Source: Prochlorococcus marinus str. NATL2A
Lineage (GTDB): Bacteria; Cyanobacteriota; Cyanobacteriia; PCC-6307; Cyanobiaceae
Reading direction: 5' to 3'
Assembly: GCF_000012465.1 (NCBI RefSeq)
Contig: NC_007335.2
Span: forward strand, 510,001 to 542,000
DNA: 32,000 nt
Both the position numbers and the translations under genes were made by a program. The notes below the pieces were generated by a model, which did not search any database, had not been told where the DNA came from, and saw nothing but the letters and a program-made list of their open reading frames with translations. Each line of letters opens with the position of its first letter. Position 1 is the stretch's first letter. Shown here piece by piece: positions 28,872 through 32,000 of this stretch.

Positions 28872-31262
28872 ATGGCAAAACAAACAAGTCGACAATTAGT
28901 TCTTGAACGCCGCCAGGCTCTTAGTCAAGGAGGCAAAAATGCATCTATTAAAGGCGGCTCTACAGCTAATAGAGTCCGTTCTTCTGCTGATGCAAGAGCT
29001 ACTAGGACAAACTCTGGTTTTGTGAAACCCAATAAATCTATTGCTAGTGCAAATAATTCTTCCTCTCAATCAAGTACTAGTAGTTTTCAATTAAGTACCT
29101 CTGGGAGCGCAAGTAGTTCAAGATCATATAGAAGTTCCGTAGCGCAACCAAGTCGTCAGCTTGTTATTGCAAGAAGAGAAGCATTGTCACGTAGAGGTAA
29201 ATCTGCAGATAATACTAAAGATATAACTCGTGTTGAGCTTGAAAGGAAAAAGGTTCAGAGTGCTCCTTCTTATGACGCAAAAAATGCCGAACATTGTTGT
29301 CCAGAATGTGAGCAAAAAGCTTTAGAAGAGACTAGTAATACAACCCAAAAACCAGAGATCAGTTTGAAATTGAATAAGAGAACTACTGATCACCGTTCAA
29401 CTGTAAAAAGAAAAGCAATTACGAATTCAAGTAGAGCTTTTGTTTTGGCTCGGAGAGAAGCCTTGTCAAAACATGGTAAGTCTGCAGGGAAACAACCAAC
29501 TACAGCTGCATCAGTTGCTCGACAAGGTAATCCAGATTTAACGACTAAGGAAATAGCTCAACGAGTTAGAGAACTTAAAAGTAAAACAGGTGCCACTGGA
29601 TCAAAACGCACATCAGTAACTCGTCCATGTGGTCCAAATAAGAATGGAGCGAAGCAAAATGCTAGTGTCCCTGATGCTCATTGGAAAGTTGGTATAAGTG
29701 AGACGTCTACTGGACAAATTGTTACCGGTACTCAGGCGAATAGATCTTTGAAAACTACTGGTAATGAGGCAAGTACATGCCGTTCAATAACTGGTACTCA
29801 GTATTTAGGTTCAGAAGTTATTGATTCTTTCTGTAATGGATCAAATACCCAGATAAGTCAGCCTGCAAAAGTTGCAGTTACAAGTACTAGTCATGGAAAT
29901 CTTGTAACTGGTAACGAGGTTGGTAGATCAGAGAAGGTTACGGGTGACGAACCAGGAACTTGTAAAAACCTTACTGGGACTGAATATATTTCTGCGAATC
30001 AATCTAATAATTATTGCGGAGGCGTTAACCCTTCACCCTCAAAAATTGGCTATAGCCAGACTATTGATGGTCAAAAAGTCAGTGGAACAATGACAGGAAG
30101 GTCCGCTTTAGTTACTGGAAATGAAGCCGGATCAAATAAAGGTTTAACTGGCGATCAGTATTTAGGATCTGATCCACTACCTTCTGGTAGACCAGCAGAA
30201 AAGGTTGGCTCACTAACGACAATTCGCGGGAACGGAGTAACTGGTACCGATGTCTCTAGAAGAGAGAACGTTACAGGTAATGAGGCTGGTAGTTGTAAGA
30301 ACGTGACTGGAGATGAGTATGTGGGTGCTGGGCAATTTGATTCTTTTTGTGGAAGCAAGCCTGCTCCTGATCCAGCAAAAGTTGGTCTAAGTATTACCAA
30401 TAAAACTCAATCAGTTAGTGGAACTATGACAGGTAGATCGCATCTCGTAACAGGAGATGAACCTGGTACATGTAAAGCAGTAACAGGTACTCCCTATGCA
30501 GGATTAGATCAGGCAAATCAATGGTGTGACAATTCTGCATCATCTGAGGTAGAGGCTAGAACTCCTAGGAAAACTGGTACTCCTGGAGCAAGATTGACTG
30601 GTCAGCAGCCAGGTATAGGCGGAAAAATGACAGGTGCTCATAAAGGCGCTTGTGAGCCTTTAACTGGAACTCCTTATGTAGGAGGCGATCAACTAGCAGA
30701 CAATTGTGGTATTTCAACTTCTCCCGAAGGTTATGCTCATCAGGAAACTACTGAAAAAGCAGCTGCATGGACAAGTTTCAGTGTGAAATCTCCTGCAAGG
30801 CAAGCACACATTCAAAATGAAATTAATGCAGGTGTCACCGGTACGAGTTACGAAGATAGTTCAAGAATTACTGGTCCATTCGACATGGCTGCAAACAAAG
30901 TGACAGGTACTGAACAATTTCGCTTTGACAGAAAACCATCAAACTCTACAAATAATAAAGTTGATCAAATAGTTAATGAAGAATCTAAGCAACGCCCAAC
31001 CTCACAAATAACAGGAGAAGGACAATCCGCAGGATTGAATATAACTGGTGATGATTGGGCTAGAGGAGAGCATGTCACTGGAACAGAAGGGGCATCTGCT
31101 AAGCGTAGAAATCCTTCTCGTCCAGGACCAATGAGTGCAATGAATGCAGCTGAATTAAAAAGAAACCAAGAGGTTCCCGAACCAGACTTCCTGATCACTG
31201 GTTCTAGTGGCAATACAAGGGATGGCCAATTGGTTACTTTCTCTGGTGGAGCAAGAGGTTAA
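28872..31262 (+). CDS. csoS2: carboxysome assembly scaffold protein CsoS2
   Basis: 796 aa, repetitive and low-complexity. It has three N-terminal basic amphipathic repeats (SRQLVLERRQALSQGGKNA and similar), a middle region of VTG/TG...C repeats, and a C-terminal repeat region. It lies between rbcS and csoS3. Confidence 0.94.
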   Translation: MAKQTSRQLVLERRQALSQGGKNASIKGGSTANRVRSSADARATRTNSGFVKPNKSIASANNSSSQSSTSSFQLSTSGSASSSRSYRSSVAQPSRQLVIARREALSRRGKSADNTKDITRVELERKKVQSAPSYDAKNAEHCCPECEQKALEETSNTTQKPEISLKLNKRTTDHRSTVKRKAITNSSRAFVLARREALSKHGKSAGKQPTTAASVARQGNPDLTTKEIAQRVRELKSKTGATGSKRTSVTRPCGPNKNGAKQNASVPDAHWKVGISETSTGQIVTGTQANRSLKTTGNEASTCRSITGTQYLGSEVIDSFCNGSNTQISQPAKVAVTSTSHGNLVTGNEVGRSEKVTGDEPGTCKNLTGTEYISANQSNNYCGGVNPSPSKIGYSQTIDGQKVSGTMTGRSALVTGNEAGSNKGLTGDQYLGSDPLPSGRPAEKVGSLTTIRGNGVTGTDVSRRENVTGNEAGSCKNVTGDEYVGAGQFDSFCGSKPAPDPAKVGLSITNKTQSVSGTMTGRSHLVTGDEPGTCKAVTGTPYAGLDQANQWCDNSASSEVEARTPRKTGTPGARLTGQQPGIGGKMTGAHKGACEPLTGTPYVGGDQLADNCGISTSPEGYAHQETTEKAAAWTSFSVKSPARQAHIQNEINAGVTGTSYEDSSRITGPFDMAANKVTGTEQFRFDRKPSNSTNNKVDQIVNEESKQRPTSQITGEGQSAGLNITGDDWARGEHVTGTEGASAKRRNPSRPGPMSAMNAAELKRNQEVPEPDFLITGSSGNTRDGQLVTFSGGARG
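28887..29486 (+). repeat. CsoS2 N-domain repeats x3 (coding): S-R-x-[LF]-V-[LI]-x-R-R-[QE]-A-L-S-x-x-G-K-x-A
   Basis: Copies lie at nt 28887..28943, 29151..29207 and 29430..29486. They correspond to the RuBisCO-binding N-peptide motif described for CsoS2. Confidence 0.85.
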
Positions 31263-31269
31263 ATAGTCA

Positions 31270-32000
31270 ATGGCCTATCGTAATTTGGCCAAGAAATCTC
31301 GTCGTGGGCCTACAGCTCCTATGAAGAGGTTTATCGACCTAGAGACAAAGAATTTGAATTCTGAAGTTATTAAAACTACTAATTCTTTCTCCGATGAAAT
31401 AAAAACTATTAGCTCTTTTTCTACTGATCATCCCTTAACCAATTCTCAGGAAAACCAGAAGTTAAATCAATACGAAAATAAGGTTAAAGGTCGATTTGAC
31501 AATATTGTTCCTCTTTTAAAAAGAGTATCTAGTCTTCAAAATGATTTGAATTTTGTAGAAAGAGCTCAAAATTTATGTCGATCAGAATTAGGTTATGAGT
31601 TGCCATTGCATATACTTGAAAAGGCGTGGGTTGGAAGTATAGACATAAGTGCCTTGTTTGCATGGTGTGTTTTTCAGTCACACCAATTAACGAGTAATGA
31701 ATTTTTTAATTCAGATCCAATAGAGGGATCTGAAAATAGTCAATATGCTAAATCTTTTCAGTCATTTCTCTATCAATGTGGGTTTCATCTTTTAGATATA
31801 ACTCCTTGTGCAGATGGTCGATTAGCTCATGCTATTTCTTATGCATTACGTATACCTTTTAGCTCTGTTAGGAGGCGTTCTCATGCAGGTGCACTATTTG
31901 ATATTGAAAAAACAGTTAATCGTTGGATTAAAACCGAACATAGTAGATATAGAGAGTCAACTCCGAATTCTGCAACTGAGCCAACAAGATATTTAAAATC
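31270..32000 (+). CDS. csoS3: carboxysomal carbonic anhydrase CsoSCA (CsoS3), 3' end outside window
   Basis: The frame is open from the ATG at 31270 to the window end, 7 nt after the csoS2 stop. The call rests mainly on conserved operon position (csoS2 then csoS3). I recognise no other family in the N-terminal region. Confidence 0.8.
   Translation, partial: MAYRNLAKKSRRGPTAPMKRFIDLETKNLNSEVIKTTNSFSDEIKTISSFSTDHPLTNSQENQKLNQYENKVKGRFDNIVPLLKRVSSLQNDLNFVERAQNLCRSELGYELPLHILEKAWVGSIDISALFAWCVFQSHQLTSNEFFNSDPIEGSENSQYAKSFQSFLYQCGFHLLDITPCADGRLAHAISYALRIPFSSVRRRSHAGALFDIEKTVNRWIKTEHSRYRESTPNSATEPTRYLK

Noticed and set aside
28872-31262. Programmed -1 ribosomal frameshift in csoS2 (as in Halothiobacillus CsoS2A/B)
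   Set aside because: Reading the gene, I found no convincing in-frame X XXY YYZ slippery heptamer followed by a stable structure. A-rich stretches such as AGG AAA AAG are not in a slippery register. A computational scan would be needed to exclude it fully.

Overview
This window reads as a densely packed core-chromosome segment of a marine picocyanobacterium, most consistent with Prochlorococcus. The call rests on visibly AT-rich DNA (not computed), a form IA RuBisCO inside a cso-type alpha-carboxysome operon, ferrochelatase with a CAB tail, and the ADO/AAR alkane genes. About 33 protein genes are supported, in this order: tal (partial), FixC-like flavoprotein, frr, pyrH, cobO, an orphan tyrosine recombinase, hemH, ilvB, a small secreted protein, a Tab2-like protein, an S1 paralog, a creatininase-family protein, ado, aar, accA, an SDR, trpF, an M50 protease, an LplA-like ligase, a small membrane protein, por, chlL, chlN-chlB, a small HTH-like protein, csoS1D, rdgB/ham1, and csoS1-rbcL-rbcS-csoS2-csoS3 (partial). 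I found no rRNA, tRNA, CRISPR array, IS element, prophage cargo or recognisable defence island. Nearly all coding content belongs to well-described pathways: carboxysome/CO2 fixation, light-dependent and dark protochlorophyllide reduction, alkane synthesis and housekeeping. I see no convincing new multi-gene system. The less explained signals are non-coding or small. (1) The 360-bp chlL/chlN divergent spacer holds a 12-nt motif in sense orientation before both units, a tandem 9-mer with 11-bp phasing, and a GC-richer core. (2) The 357-bp leader upstream of csoS1 holds a duplicated 15-mer, a perfect AAGGAGG plus an 18-codon mini-ORF, and competing hairpins. (3) A 297-bp convergent spacer holds an SD-led 26-codon ORF. 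(4) An excisionase-like small protein is divergent from csoS1D. (5) A lone tyrosine recombinase sits in a housekeeping context. All functional readings of these are inference from sequence inspection only.
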